Of a DNA stretch of 64,000 nucleotides, positions 1 through 14,078 are shown piece after piece; position 1 is the first letter of the stretch; each line of letters begins with the position of its first letter. Source of the stretch: Lytechinus pictus (Eukaryota); assembly GCF_037042905.1 (NCBI RefSeq), contig NC_087250.1:1612001-1676000 (forward strand), in the 5' to 3' direction. The notes under the pieces were generated by a model. It saw only the letters and a list, made by a program, of their open reading frames with translations. It had not been told where the DNA came from and did not search any database. Made by a program: the position numbers and the translations under genes.

Positions 1-141
1 TATTTCATATGTATTTTTAATGTTTTTATACTTGTTTTTATCATGTATGCCAGGGCCCCACGGGAGACCAGTTTATTGCTGAGTGGGCTACCCTGGTTAA
101 ATATATTGAAATAAATAGATAAATAAATAGATAAATAAATA
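1..141 (+). mobile_element. 3' end of an L2/CR1-type LINE with (AAAT)n tail
   Basis: GC-rich hairpin-like stretch (ccagggccccacgggaga...tgagtgggctaccctgg) followed by aaataaatagataaataaata tail. Confidence 0.5.
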
Positions 142-1462
142 AGCAACTGATGCGAGCGCGAAGCTCAAGCTGAAAAAATCGAGATTTTAGACCTGAAAAC
201 GGGACACTATATTCATGTTTTGTAAATCATGAAAAGAATGAGTAAACATGGCAAAAGGGGATCTTCCTACATTAATAACGCGCCCACAAAATGCGATCAG
301 AAAATGTTTGATGTTGTGATTTGACACTGGATAATGATTTGAATAGAGAAGAGGTTGAGTATCTGAATAAACATGCGCGCGTGTTTCATATTTAGACCTA
401 GAATCTAGGCACTCTAAATACATCTTTTGTCATGAAAATCAAAGCGAGCGCGAAGCGCGAGCTTAAACTATTTGATATTCCGATCTGAAAAAAAAGTCGA
501 TTTCAGCTCTATATTTCAAGCACTTTGTAGGAATATTGTGAGGTGGATATGGATCACACATTACTATTATAACTTTGAATTTTAACATAGGGCAGGGACA
601 TCCTCAGGACATGCATATGAAAATGACGACTATCTTCCTATTCCTCTTTCTTAGCGCGAGATGAAACAAGGGACAATTTGATTAATATCTTATTCATTAA
701 TGCCTAATGAGGGTGCAAAATCTTATGATATTATGGCCTGAAAATTGGAAATTTCAAGCACTTATGTAATTATGAATAGGATGCATTAGTGAATATATTT
801 TAACCATTGAAGCGAGCGCAAATCGCCAGCCAAATTTTTTGATAAACTGTCATGAAAAGGGGATTTTAAGAAGTTTGTTGTATAATCAATATTGAGACAA
901 ACATAACTCGCCAATCAAAATGCGAGCATGCAGCGGTAGCTGATACGTTTTGACAATCAGACCTGAATAGGGATATTTTGAAAACTTTATGGAATACACA
1001 AAAATAATAGGTACCTAAAAAAATCAAATTTTTACGAGCGCGCAGCGCGAGCAGAAAATGTTAATACTCAGATCATAAAACTAACACTTTTACAAAGCAC
1101 TTAAAAAAAAAAATTGTAAATCACACAAAATAATGAAAGTTCGATTTCCGAGGTGAAATATGTTTTGTATATTGACTTCTAAACTTGACTTTTAAACTTC
1201 ATATTGAACAAGATATTAAAATCACCTAACAGGCAATGCGAGCGCGAAGCGCGAGCGAAAATTTTACATAGTGACCTGAAAGATTCTTTTTATTTTCCAA
1301 GTCTTCCCAAAATCTTATTCTATTTATTCGTCTTCCTCTTCTTTTTTCTTCTCTCTATTCCCTCCTTTTCCACCTTTTTATTTCTTTCCTTCCCTTCCCC
1401 CCTTTTTTTTGCTCCGCCAATAGGGGGGGGGGGCGGGACCCTCGGCCCCCTGGTTCCACCTA
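142..1462. repeat. Interspersed repeat built from degenerate GCGAGCGCGAAGCGCGAGC-containing subunits
   Basis: Motif recurs at ~152, 445, 812, 1035, 1238; same family at 6270-7900 and 28400-29600; ends in G-run/ggccccctggttccacctatg terminus. Confidence 0.6.
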
Positions 1463-1861
1463 TGCACTCGTCAATGACAGTGCCCCCCCCCACCGGGCCT
1501 GAATGGGAGACGGAATGGAGAGATTTGTCGAGGATGTTGAAAATCCGAGCATCTGCTATCCACTCTCCCCGGGCCCTCCATTCACTCTCTGTCACCATGG
1601 ACACTCCTGAATAAACTTTCACGATATCAATTAAAGTTTCATCCATGGAAATTGATAATTTCCAAAGTATTTTTCTTCAAGTTTGGGTTTGGGAAGGCAA
1701 CAAAGAACTGAGAAACTGAATTTTCCAAGCTACAAGTGCACCACGCCACCAATTGGATTCATTTTGGCAAAGCATTGATCTACACTATAGGATATTATAA
1801 GTGATACTGCGATACTTTATTGACCTTAGCTGTATAAGTTTAAATCAGATTAATACATTAC

Positions 1862-2045
1862 CGCATTTAATGTATGACGTCAATATAACGTCATCTTCTC
1901 TGACATCCATGTTTCTAATTCCGACCAGAGTATCTGGTGTGGTGTAGGCTGGAAAGAGAATCCCTTGGTACTCGAATGTATTCATGAGTCCGGCAGCCAT
2001 GCTTTTTAGAGCACTGCTTGTCATAGAATCCTGACTATCCGCCAT
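1862..2045 (-). CDS. First coding exon of a cytosolic sulfotransferase (SULT family)
   Basis: MADSQ...FEYQGILFP...IRNMDVREDDVILTSYIKCG matches the SULT N-terminal pattern (VRxDDVxxxSYPKxG, start of the PAPS-binding loop); ends at donor G|GTAATG; later exons not recognised in window. Confidence 0.75.
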
Positions 2046-2577
2046 ACTGCTATTAACCTGTATGCTTCGCTATTATCTTCGGACTGCGATCTCGATCTTT
2101 CTTGAAGTTGGTCAGTTTAAGAGCCTGTATGTTTTGGGAGAATAGATTGAGAGAGGGGGGGGGGAGAGAGAGAGAGAGGGAGGGGGAGAGAGAGGGGGGG
2201 GGGTGAAAATAACATTCTCGTGTAGACATCAGCCAAAAATTGTGATATTGTATCGCAAAATGCAAGTATTTAACAACCATGTGTGCAAAGAATAATGGTC
2301 TGGAGAAAAAAAATGGAAAGTAATTTATATTCAATTTCAACAATAGCGGACCTAGTATGAAGTACTGGGATACATTGCTTGTTGTATTTCCTACACTGGA
2401 TGAACCATTGTGGGTTTGTCTTTATTTCCTCTCACATTCAAAGTCCTTTTCCTGATTCTTTATTTATGTAACTACATGTTCATCTTTAGTCACAAGTGTC
2501 AAAGGAGGGAACTAAGGTCAGAAATATGAAGACTTTGGTAAAGTAACATTGTCCATTAGACGGAATACCACATCATC

Positions 2578-5423
2578 TTAAAGGATAAGTCCACCCCTAC
2601 AAAAAATTCATTTGAATAAAACGAGGAAAATCCAACATGCATAACACTGGAAATTTTATCAAAATCAGATAGTTTTGGTTAAATTCACAAAAATAGTAAT
2701 ATGGACAACCTGTTCAGTATTTATTTACTTTTATTTTTTTTATTAAAATATATTTATACAGGATAACAGGCTTGGTCCTGTTAACATAAAATAACAATAT
2801 ATACATAATAGATAAAAGAGTAACTTGGGTAATGTACAGTAATGAGTGAATTCAATAACATTTAAAATCAGAATTATCATTAATACAAAATTGTTTAGAG
2901 ATAAAATAGACTACCAGTCACAATTCCCAGACTCAGCACTACCTGCCTCAGCCAGAGAACAATAGAATCAGTGGACCAAATCCATTGCTCTCCGGCCGAA
3001 ACAGGCAATAGTGATTCAAAGAATGGTGACTGGTACTGTATTCATTTTTTTTAATTGACGAAATGTGAAGACTATCCTGTAGACAAAACAATAGCTGTGA
3101 AATATAAATTAAGATGTATGATATCATTGACATAGTAAATACAAAATTCCACAAGATTTATGAAGGAAATTAAGGATATAATTATCTTTGAGCATATCAT
3201 ACTAGATTTAAGTATAAGATTTTACAAAATAAATATCGCCAAGTTAAGTAATGGAAGCTTATTTACTAAGAGTACGAATTATATTACATAAAAATTATTC
3301 GTTCCAACATATTTGATATCCCAAATCATTAACACAATTCAAAACGAGAAAAATAAAGTAAAATGGAACAAAAAGCATATAATATTAATTATTGAAATAA
3401 AACTTCTTATAAATCAATTTAAATGTTTCGAAAGTTTGTGCATTTTGAATATTATTGGGTATGTCGTTCCATCGTTTGGCATCGGAAAATCTGAAAGGTG
3501 AACAGCGGGTGCAACTACGTTAAGGCTATCATTATTTCTTGTATGGTAATTATGTCGGTCACATACCATTTCAATGTCATTACAAAGTTGGGGAGGGGCT
3601 AATCCATGTATACATTTAAACATTTGTGTGGCAAGAAAGAATTCTTTTCGTTCATCCATATCAGTCCAGGTTAGGTTTTTTACAAGTGTTTTAAGAGAAA
3701 TATTTTGATCAAAGTTTCCAGTTAGAAACGTGCAGCTCTTTTTTGTAATCTATACATTTTGCTTTTGTTTTTATCAGTAGTATTTCCCCAAATAGGTAGT
3801 CCATAATCGATGCAAGGTTGTATTGTAAATTTATAAAGGGTGTTTAATAATGAAAGACTTAAAAATGTTCTTAATTTTCCAAGGGAACGGATCTTGAATC
3901 CAATGGATTTGCATAAGTTATTGACGTGAATGTCCCATTTAAGATTTTCATGTATTAAAACCCCTAAATAACGAATTGACTTAACTTGCTCAATTTCAAT
4001 CCCATCAATAAATATTTTCATTACATCATGGGAGCGTGTTTTTTAAAACATACATTTTATTTTGTCGACATTTATCTTTAAATGGTTAAGTTTATACCAG
4101 TCATTAAGAGAATCCATATTTGATTGCAATTTTGAAGTTATTGTCTCAACATCTTTACCAGTCTCAAATATAATAACATCATCAGCATGAATTGCTATAA
4201 CACCAGACTTAATTGATTGTGATATATCATTTATAAACAGCAAGAAAAGCGTGGGAGCAAGAACTCCCCCTTGATGTACCCCTACAAAAAGTTCTTTCTT
4301 GGCAGAAAGCTTTCCTTGTGAAAAAACAAACTGATTTCTATTTTTAAGGTAACATGTGAACCACTTAAGCATATTTCCTACTTTACCATATTGTTGCATC
4401 TTAAATAGTAGAATCTCATGGTCTACACAATCGAAACATTTCGATATATCTAAAAGACATGCTCCTATTTTTTCTTTTTCATTAAATGCATCAAGGAATT
4501 CATCAATGACTCTGTGGAGACACGTAGTCGTTGAGTGGTGTGGTAGGAACGCACGCTGTTCAGTATTGATGAGATTGTGTTTAAGGAGATATCGGAGCAA
4601 TTGCTCTTGAATTTCCTTTTCTATTATTTTAGAGATATGACTAAGTACAGATATTGGGCGAAAATTTGCTTCTTCATTCCTTGGGCCTTTCCCTTTATAG
4701 ATTGGAGTTGTTCTTGCCAATTTCCAATCTTCTGGTACATCACCACATTTTATACTTAGATAAAAAATTTGGGTTAAGGATTTATGAATATATGGTGCTG
4801 CTATTTGAAGTAATCTTGAATCAAATCCTAGTACATCAATATTACTTGTTTTATCTAAATGAAGTAAATGTTAAAGGATTTTCTCCTCTTTTAAATATTC
4901 TATTTCAAATTTGTAAATACAGGAGGGATTTTTCCAATTTACACATACAATTTGAGGAAAAGATTGGGATATACTTTTACCAACAGTACGTAAACAAGGG
5001 GACTGATGACATCACTCACTCAGTATTTCTTTTATATTTTATTATATGAAAACTTCTAATTTTCTCCTCATTCTCCTGTGAAACAATTCACCCTTCCTGA
5101 ATATGTGGAATTAAATTGTTTTATCTTTGTATGGTTCATATTAGGTTGGTCCCAACTGCCAAATAAGTATAAAAAAATAATATTGTATAATTCAAACAAC
5201 AAAAACAGAAGAAATAGCGAGAGAGGGACATCATCGACTCTCTCATTAATTGCATGTCACCAAGTTGTGCATTTAACTGTTTTGTGAAAAAATATTGCAA
5301 AACTTTAAAATGTCATAACTTTCTTATTTTACATCTGATTTTGATGAAACTTTCAGTGTTATTCTTGTTTGATTTTCTCTTTTGATTCAATCAATATTAC
5401 TTTGGGGTGGTCTAGACCTCTAA
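2578..5423. mobile_element. Non-autonomous DNA element (TTAA-flanked, Kolobok-like) split by a LINE insertion
   Basis: Left ttaaaggataagtccacccc (2578) is an imperfect inverted match to right ggggtggtctagacctctaa (~5404-5423); subterminal arms also inverted (gaaattttatcaaaatc / gattttgatgaaactttc). Confidence 0.55.
2720..4750 (-). mobile_element. 5'-truncated, frameshifted CR1/L2-clade LINE (reverse transcriptase relic plus 3' UTR)
   Basis: ORFs 4043-4720 (PIYKGK, NFRPISVL, LDISKCFDCVDH, GVHQGGVLAPTLFLLFIND, HADD), 3722-4021 (YLGV, WDIHV, RLQKRAAR), 3414-3659; A-rich tail on minus strand near 2720. Confidence 0.9.
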
Positions 5424-5796
5424 TGAAATTAGGAGGAGACGAAAAAAAAATCCACCAAGTGCAATGAGCAATTGTATTTCATGTTATTCAAGAAAGGTGG
5501 AATTTGATTATCAACGAGAAGGGAAAAATGTGATAGATGGGAGAAGAGAATTTTTTTTTTTTAAAGGTTAACCAGATGATCAAGAAATGTCTTTTAGCAG
5601 GTTTAGATTACATGAGAAGAAGCAGCTGACGTTCCGAATGACTGAAAAGGTGTGTGCAGGGACCGGCAAGGACATATTGAATGACACTGGGGACGACAGA
5701 GCATTGACCTTGGAGAGGAAGAGGAACTGGCGTAGGGACTCACTAGCAAATATCGTCTTCAGTGACGTTATCAAGCCATTACAAAGAAAGTACAAA

Positions 5797-5961
5797 CCTG
5801 AGGGGCGTTTCATGAAAGGACTTGTCGGACGTTTTATCCGACAAGTCCCATTTTATCCGACAGTTACTATAGTAACAGCGCCTCTGAGCCAATCAGAATC
5901 AAGGAAAGATGTCAGATCTGACAACTTGTCAGACAAAAATGTTGATGAAAAGGTCCCCTGG
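5797..5961. mobile_element. Short MITE with imperfect terminal inverted repeats
   Basis: cctgaggggcgtttcatgaaa ... gttgatgaaaaggtcccctgg; internal ggacttgtcgga/tccgacaagtcc palindrome. Confidence 0.5.
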
Positions 5962-6269
5962 TCTCAACTTTCATTTTAAGATATACATGTATACATGTAT
6001 ATTGCATTGATAGAAATAAAATTTTGTCTCCCACAGTAAATTACTACATACAATTTGATGGGAAAAAAGTAAAAATCATCGTTTTTCAGGCAAAAATTTG
6101 AGACATTTTCATTCATTGTTAATATACTAGACTACAGTCTTAAACTGGGGTTAAAACATAAAAAAGTCAAGGGTGCAATGAACTAACAAAAGTCATAAAA
6201 CGAACAAAATATTTTAGTCACTGCTCACTTAGTGGTTAAATTTTTGTACAAATTTACCCCAAACAAAGA

Positions 6270-7900
6270 CATTGTTATGACTATTTTTTAGGAATACGTT
6301 AAGAATATACATATCTCACAATAGTCATCTAATGCGAGTGCTAAGCGCTTGTTGATTTTGTTGGAATTACATCTATACCCATTAAGCACTTTTTGTAGTC
6401 ATTGTAATCATGATTATCATCCGCATCTCACTAATCAGATATTGCGAGTGCGAAGCGCGAGCTGAAAATTTAGGAAATTCAGACCTGAAAATTCTAAAGC
6501 TTATTTGTAGGAATTCACTAAGACCATACGTATTTCACCAACCAAATGATGCGAACGCAAAGCGCGAGCTGAAAATTTTTGATATTCAGATCAGAAAAAG
6601 GGACATTTTAAGGACTGGTTTTAGGAATTCATGAAGAAAATGGCGTAACTACGGGGGGGGGGGGGGCATTTTCTTATTATGTTAGTATGTTATTATGTTA
6701 TTTTGTCTTGTACTGTTCTTTTTCATAAATAATTAACGTAATTGCCCCTTTTTAAGGTCTTAATATGAAATTTTGCCTATCCGCATTCGCATTAGTGGAT
6801 TAGTGAGATATGTCTGCTCTTCGTGAATTCCTAAAATCAGTCCTTTAAATGTCCCTTTTTCTGATCTAAATATATAGAAAATCATTTGGTTAGTGAAATA
6901 CGTATTGTCTTAGTGAATTCCTACAAACAAGCCTTAGAATGCTCCCCAAAGGTCTGAATTTCCAGTTTTCAGCTCGCGCTTCACACTCGCAATATTTGAT
7001 TAGTGAGATGCGTATGTTCATCATGATTACAAAGACTATAAGTGCTATAAGTGGATTAGTGAGATATGTCTGCTCTTCGTGAATTCCTAAAATCAGTCCT
7101 TTAAATGTCCCTTTTTCTGATCTAAATATATAGAAAATCATTTGGTTAGTGAAATACGTATTGTCTTAGTGAATTCCTACAAACAAGCCTTAGAATGCTC
7201 CCCAAAGGTCTGAATTTCCATAGTTTTCAGCTCGCGCTTCACACTCGCAATATTTGATTAGTGAGATGCGTATGTTCATCATGATTACAAAGACTATAAG
7301 TGCTATAAGTGGATTAGTGAGATATGTCTGCTCTTCGTGAATTCCTAAAATCAGTCCTTTAAATGTCCCTTTTTCTGATCTAAATATATAGAAAATCATT
7401 TGGTTAGTGAAATACGTATTGTCTTAGTGAATTCCTACAAACAAGCCTTAGAATGCTCCCCAAAGGTCTGAATTTCCATAGTTTTCAGCTCGCGCTTCAC
7501 ACTCGCAATATTTGATTAGTGAGATGCGTATGTTCATCATGATTACAAAGACTATAAGTGCTTCACGGGTTTAGATGCAATTCTAACAAAATCAACCAGC
7601 GCTTGACACTCGCATTAGATGACTATATGGTGAGGTATTATACTCTCAATGGATTCCTAAAATACAGTCCTTAAAATATCCCTGTTTGGGGTCAATATAC
7701 ACAAAAATTTTAGCTCCCGCTTCGCGCTCGCATTGTTTGTTAAGAGAGAAAGTTACGTATCATGATTACAAAAAATTGCTTATAGTGTCCCTTTTTAATT
7801 ATTTGATCAGTGAGATACACGGGGAGATACATATCCGTTTAATGGCACTGTCCTTAAAATGCCTCTATTAGGTCAGTAACTCAGTATACTTAGCAACTGA
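6270..7900. repeat. Fold-back arrangement of the GCGAGC-family repeat with three tandem ~257-bp near-identical copies
   Basis: agtggattagtgagatatgtc restarts at 6794, 7050, 7308; left arm 6270-6636 is an inverted homolog (taggaattcactaagac vs gtcttagtgaattccta). Confidence 0.85.
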
Positions 7901-8099
7901 GTGCTTCAATAAGCAATAAGTGACTCAATATTTTGGTGTCCCCACTTACACGTGAAACAATCAAAATAATTTTTCCGGCATATTGTATTCTAAGAACAAG
8001 TATTTTGATGATCACTGACCTGCATTATGACCACTCTTTGTGAAATGAACATAAACATTAGGGCCTAAACTTAACCATGTTAACTTGTTCTGGAGTGCA

Positions 8100-8324
8100 C
8101 ACTGTAAAAACTGTGGTGTTAAATATGACACCAGTTGGTGTTAATAGAGGACCACACCCTGAGGTGTTAAAATTACACCCTAGAGATTGGACATAACACC
8201 AAAGAGTGTAAATGTAACAACCAAAGGTGTTGTACTAACACCTATAGATGTTAAACTAACACCGGAGTAAAATAACTGGTGTGGTCCTTTATGTACACCG
8301 GTTAACACCACAGTTTTTGCTGTG
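8100..8324. mobile_element. CACT-terminated MITE (CMC/EnSpm-like), 2-bp TSD CA
   Basis: TIR cactgtaaaaactgtggtgttaa / ttaacaccacagtttttgctgtg; flanked by ca on both sides; internal ggtgttaa/taacacc repeats. Confidence 0.8.
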
Positions 8325-9178
8325 CATAAATGTGAATTTTGCAGTTTGGTGTCCCCCATTATATGAGAAACACATTTTTCCCGGCAGTTGACCAGTATGG
8401 GGATTTTTTTTATGGTTTAATTTTATTGTAACTCCCTATTGGGCATAATATCTCTACCTCATCTTCACTCCCAATGGAATGGTATTGGAATAATCATTCA
8501 ATGTTTTGACACGTTGTAAGCCTAAGACACGTTGTAGGCCTATAGCTTTACACATATCCATATATTTGGTTTATTCTTATTCTGAAAGGACTTTCTCAAT
8601 AAGATCATATCTAATGTTGACTGATTTTAGGGCCAAAATAAACAGGTCACAAAGTACACGTAGGCCCCTTATTGATGGCAGTACCCATATTTCAAAAAAA
8701 TATTAACGAAACTCTCCTGTAGGTGACGAGCCACCAGAGCTTGAAACAGAAGTATACGATCGACTAGAGATGACAATCGTGAAGCGGGTGGCCAAACCCG
8801 GATGAAGTGCTTAGTTCACAAGTTCATTTAGGGACTTTTCACACGAGAATCTTGAATCATCATCGTAATGATTATTGCAATTCGTCTTTAGAATCCCACC
8901 ACTCACACTCTCGCTCGAAAACTGTGATTTGAATTCTATTTTTTTTTAGCGAAGGCGGTATTGTATCATTGGTGACTTGTTAATCAAACCCAATCAAAGC
9001 ACCGCATCGCAAAAAAGAAACAGCGATATGAGTGCATGGCAATTGTATTATCTACGGAAGTGCTTAAAAGGTAAGGTAAGCTCCGCCCCAAAAGTAGGTT
9101 TTGGAGGTCAAGCCTTTTACACGTGAAACTTAACTGGAAACCACCTCCAGAGTAGAATTTGAATTCATGATTGTGAAT

Positions 9179-10703
9179 GTTCCTTCTGTGCTGAAAACTG
9201 CCCACATCATTCCTGTACTTAAAAAGCCTAATCTTGATCCAGAAATTCTGTCTTACTATCGCCCTGTCTCCAACCTTCCATTTTTGTTTAAATTGCTTGA
9301 AAGAATAGTTTTTGCTAGATTAACAGACTACTGTCTTGAAATAACCTACTCGATCCATTTCAATCTGCCTACCGTCCCCACCACAGTGTAGAGACTCTCC
9401 TTCTTAATGTAGTAGTTCCATTCTCCATGAAATGGAGGTAGGAAAGGTGACTGCCATGATACTCTTCGATCTGTCTTCTGCCTTCGACACTGTTAACCAT
9501 AATGTTTTGTTGAATTATCTTAAATCTCTCGGAGTAAAAGGTAGAGCCTTAGAGTGGTTCAGGTCATATTTGTCATGTCATTCACAAGCAGTCATGATCA
9601 ATGGATGTTCTTCTGAGTTTTTACCTCTGACCTGTGGTGTTCCGCAAGGCTCTGTGGGCGGGCCGGTCCTCTTCTCATTATACCTGATAGGACTGAAAAA
9701 CGTTTTCCGGAATTACTCTCTGCATTATCATATTTACGCAGACGATATCCAGATTTTTGTATCCTTCAAGGCCCATTCAGCCGCTGGCGCGATTTACAAT
9801 ATTGAAAGATGTGTAAGAGATGTTCATACTTAGTTAAGTTCACATTCTTTGAAGTTAAATCTTGCTAAATGTGAATTCTTATTGTTCGGTTCGAAGAGTC
9901 AGTTGTCTAAAATAACTGTTACATCTATTAACATTGCAGGTCATAATATTGCCGTATCTCAAGCTTGTCGTAATCTTGGCGTGTTCCTTGATTCAAGCAT
10001 GACTATGTCTTCTCATATTCAACATGTTTGCAAATCTGTCCGTTACCAGTTACGTAACCTTGGTTTCATACGTAAATACCTGACCCGTAGTGCTACAGAG
10101 AAGATTGTACATGCTTTAATATCATCTAGACTTGATTTTGGCAATGCCCTACTGTTCAACCTTCCCAAATCTCAATTAACATCTTTACAGAAACTTCAGA
10201 ATGCTGCTGCTCGTATAATATCATTGAGTACCAAATCAAGCCACATCATCCCTGTACTTAAAGATCTGCACTGGTTGCAAATTAGGGATCGTGTAATATT
10301 CAAAATTCTTTTGCTTGTTTATCACTGTGTTCACGACACCGCTCCACAGTACAATATCACTCTCATTAATAGATATACCCCTTCTCGATCCTTACGGTCC
10401 CAAAACTCAGGATTTCTGTTTGTTCCCAAATGTACATCAAAATGGGGGATAGGGCTTTCATACATGCGGGTCCTTCACTCTGGAACTCTCTTCCTCTTGT
10501 TATCCGTGACACCAAGTCTGTAGAATTATTTTAAAAAAAAATGAAAAAATACTTGTACAATGCTGCATACACATGATTAACCAATATTGTTTTTTACCTC
10601 TATATATGCTATTTTTTCTCACTCTTCTCACTTTTTCACCTGTGCGCCTTGAGCATTATATTTTTAATGGATTTGGCGCCTTATGAATTGCATATATCAT
10701 TAA
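9179..10703 (+). mobile_element. 5'-truncated L2-clade LINE with disrupted RT ORF
   Basis: ORFs 9167-9391 (PVLKKPNLD, YRPVSNLPF), 9432-9833 (DLSSAFDTVNH, GVPQGSV, YADD), 9849-10523 (KLQNAAAR, LHWL); 3' gcgccttgagc...ggcgccttat stem and short ATT-type tail. Confidence 0.92.
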
Positions 10704-10919
10704 TAGCGTTCGTGATTCTAGTTTGGTTACACACGGGCTAAAAATTCGTCATTTGAATTCATGATTGTGATTAGCGTTCGTGATTCTACTTTGGTTACAC
10801 ACGTTCTAAAAAAGTCGTCATTGGAATTATTTTTCGCTGGAGTCATCATTCAAATTACGATTTTGGTACTGTGTGAAAGGGCGGTTAGTGGTTTGGTAGT
10901 GATTTTTTTATCGCTAAGA

Positions 10920-11090
10920 AAGCATGAACGCTTGTAAGCGAGCAACCAGAGGACCGACGGTAATGAAGATTTAAATGCCTTAGCAAAGGGCACTAAACTA
11001 GCCCATCAAGTTGGAAGCGAACCCGGGTCACCGGAATACGAAACCCCCGCTCTATCTAATGAGCTATTTAGCACCTCCTGAGCTATCGCA
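10920..11090 (-). mobile_element. Degenerate tRNA-derived SINE
   Basis: Minus strand reads atagctcattagatagagcggg...ccgggttcgc (A/B-box-like) then gtgccctttgctaaggcattt core. Confidence 0.55.
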
Positions 11091-11809
11091 CCCATCTGAT
11101 GACATTTCCAAAGGTACTCCAGGCTGACAATAATGAAATTTGAACATATAAAGTAAAATCAGACAAGAACAAAACTCTGAAAATTTCATCGGAATCAGTC
11201 AAGGAATAATCGAATTATGACAATTTAAAATTTGTTTGCATTATTTTGATGAAGCAGATCTATGCATGATTTGATTTATTTAAACACGGTAAAAAGCCCT
11301 CGAGCAGCCAGTGGTTAGTTTTCAAAGAGATCGTGCAATATATAAACAACACAAAGAATAATAAATCATAACAAAGTAAACAAAAAAAAAAAACCAACAG
11401 CTTTATGAAACGAACCCCAGATCAACGATGAATGGAGGGTCATTTCTTACAGAGAGTTAAAACTGTATCATGGTAATAACTAGCCAAGGTGACAACGATC
11501 AGCAGCCAATTGCAATCAAAGTTTCTATGGTATAGTTTCAAAAATAGTGAAGTTATATCATAATGGATCGTCTTTATGAAATGGGCTGATTGATAATTCA
11601 CTTTTATTCATTATAAAATCACCGGTTGAACCATATCAAATTACGAACCATCCGCAGAAGTGGAATAACAATGTCATAGCATAGGAACCAGTTTTATAAA
11701 AGGTTTCGTCAGTTAAGCACACACATCCCCCTCGTTGCATCTGTGTCCTCCATCTACATCTATCTCTCTTGTGGACTAGATCCATCTTTTCTCCCCCCCC
11801 CCCCCCCTT

Positions 11810-11849
<40 letters not shown>

Positions 11850-13878
11850 CCTCACACACACACATACCTTATCTTTCCATTCCTGTATCTTGTATCTGAA
11901 CAAAAGTTTATATCAGACATCTCCAGCATTTTCACGAAGTTTTTATCATTTAATGTGGGTTTAGATTTCCTTTTCATTTAATACTTGTTTCTCCACACTT
12001 TTCCCGAGCTTGAAAATGATTAACCAAAAAAATAAAGCCTACGCCATTTCATGTAAATCACAGCTCAGTGTAAAGCAAATATCGTCACGTTGGCCTCGGT
12101 GTGAGGGGGAGAGGGGTGGGGGCAATGCACTTTTGAAGTGTTTTGGGCAAGGAAACAAGTTAAACAAGGCAAGATATATCTTCAAATGATTTTTACTTGC
12201 TAAATACCACATGTTCTCCACGATTAAGGTCTACTTTTATTCGCATAACTGTTTCAAAGTTCTGCGCAAATCATTTTCACTAACTTTTCAAAAGTAAGTA
12301 GTGCTCACCCAAGAGGACATATTTTTCAACAATTATACCGTCATTTGCTTAAATGGATCTGTACCAATGTTAAAATGTGGATAAATCTTCAGGATATTAC
12401 AAATGTATAATTTTACAGGATTGTTTTCCAAGTGTAACCTTTTTTGATACTCACTGAATTAACATTCTCCCCTCCCCCGTCCTTGTATCTCTGTCCTCCA
12501 TCTACATCTATCTCTCTTGTGAACTCCATCCACGTTTTTCTCACACGCCACACTCTCTCTATACTCTAGTAACATTTTCCCATTTCCTCTTCCTCGCATC
12601 TCTGTCCTTCATCTATATCTGTCACTCTTGTGGACTTCCTCTTCAACACACACATAAACACACACTCACACAAACACTATGTATCTCTCAAATCAATCAT
12701 CCTTCTCTTCTTCATTCCCCCTCTCTCTCTCTTTCCCTCTGTATAAAATGTGATATTAATGATCATAGAGCTATCCACGGATGACCATAAAACAGTGCAC
12801 TTAACCCGCTCACTCAGCTCACCACTCTCATTAATAGCCAATAATAGTGTCTTCAGTCACATCACATCACATTGCAGTAAATGTTGCTCGTAAAACTGAT
12901 TGCTTTCATGTACATACACCAAATATCACATATACCTCAGACACAAAGTTAATGTGAAGCCGATCTTATTATTTACAAATATTCACAAGTTTACAGATAT
13001 CATGGAACAAAGCAAACGAGAATTAATGTGTGTCTGCATTCAGCCATAAAGAAGTGATTTAACAACAGAGTCCAATGTACAACTACGATCAGGACCTCGT
13101 AACACACACACATTTACGATCAATATCTCATTGTAAGTTTTGATTCGGGTCAGTTCATTCTAATTATTCTGAACAATTATGTACCTTCAACCATGATCTT
13201 GATTTGCCATTGCCACTTACGATTGATCGCATATTTTTGTGTGAAATGATGACCGAATTGGATTTCCCAATACGTTTCTCTTGCTCACAGACTGTGAACA
13301 ATTGCTCTCAATTATTGTTCGAAATCAGCTTGCTCAAAATACACATTGACAAAAAGGCAAAACTACTGTGATATGAAGCCACCATTCCCAAAGGCAATAG
13401 ATTACGCGCAAATGAATCAGAGTGAGAAAGAAAATAATAGAAGTTATTCAAGTTGAAATTCTTTTGACGCCATGTAGGTTCTCTGAAAGGCTAGAAACAA
13501 ACGAGAAATATATCATTCAATGTTGGGCGGAAATACATTGAATAAAACAATTTCTCCTAGTTTGTATCTTAAATGGCCAGCGACTCACAAACCTACCTCA
13601 TAAATAAACTGAAATGAATTTTCTAATTTACGATTCATGTCGATTAAATATTCAGTGGTGCTTAAAAGTAAGTAAACCACACCAGAAAGTGGACTGGTGC
13701 ATATGGATTGTTAACCAAACTATATTACGTTTTATTTTGTCACCTAACTGCACAATAAAATATTTCAAACGATGACAGAATTTGAACACTTTCAAATATA
13801 TATGTTCATTTTCTGGTGGGTTCACTATTTTTTTTAGCACTACTGTACTTCCTTTTTATTAGAGAATATATCTCATTA

Positions 13879-14078
13879 CACTCTAAAAACACTGAGTAAA
13901 ATTTTACCCACTATTAGGTAGAAAGGCAACATGCATGTTTGCTGGGTATTTTTTTACCCCATATTGGGTTATTTCAACGCAACATTGCGTTAAATTGACA
14001 CCATACTGGGTATCTTTTTACCCAACCAACATGCATGTTACCATTTTACCCAATATTGGGTAAACCTTTTTTAGAGTG
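13879..14078. mobile_element. 200-bp CACT-terminated MITE, 2-bp TSD TA, specific to unit 1
   Basis: cactctaaaaa...tttttagagtg; empty site cattaaggaataata present in unit 3 (~55858). Confidence 0.9.

Noticed and set aside
1320-1646. Sulfotransferase exon 2
   Set aside because: No GTxW continuation of the PAPS loop; frame runs into a repeat terminus and low-complexity sequence
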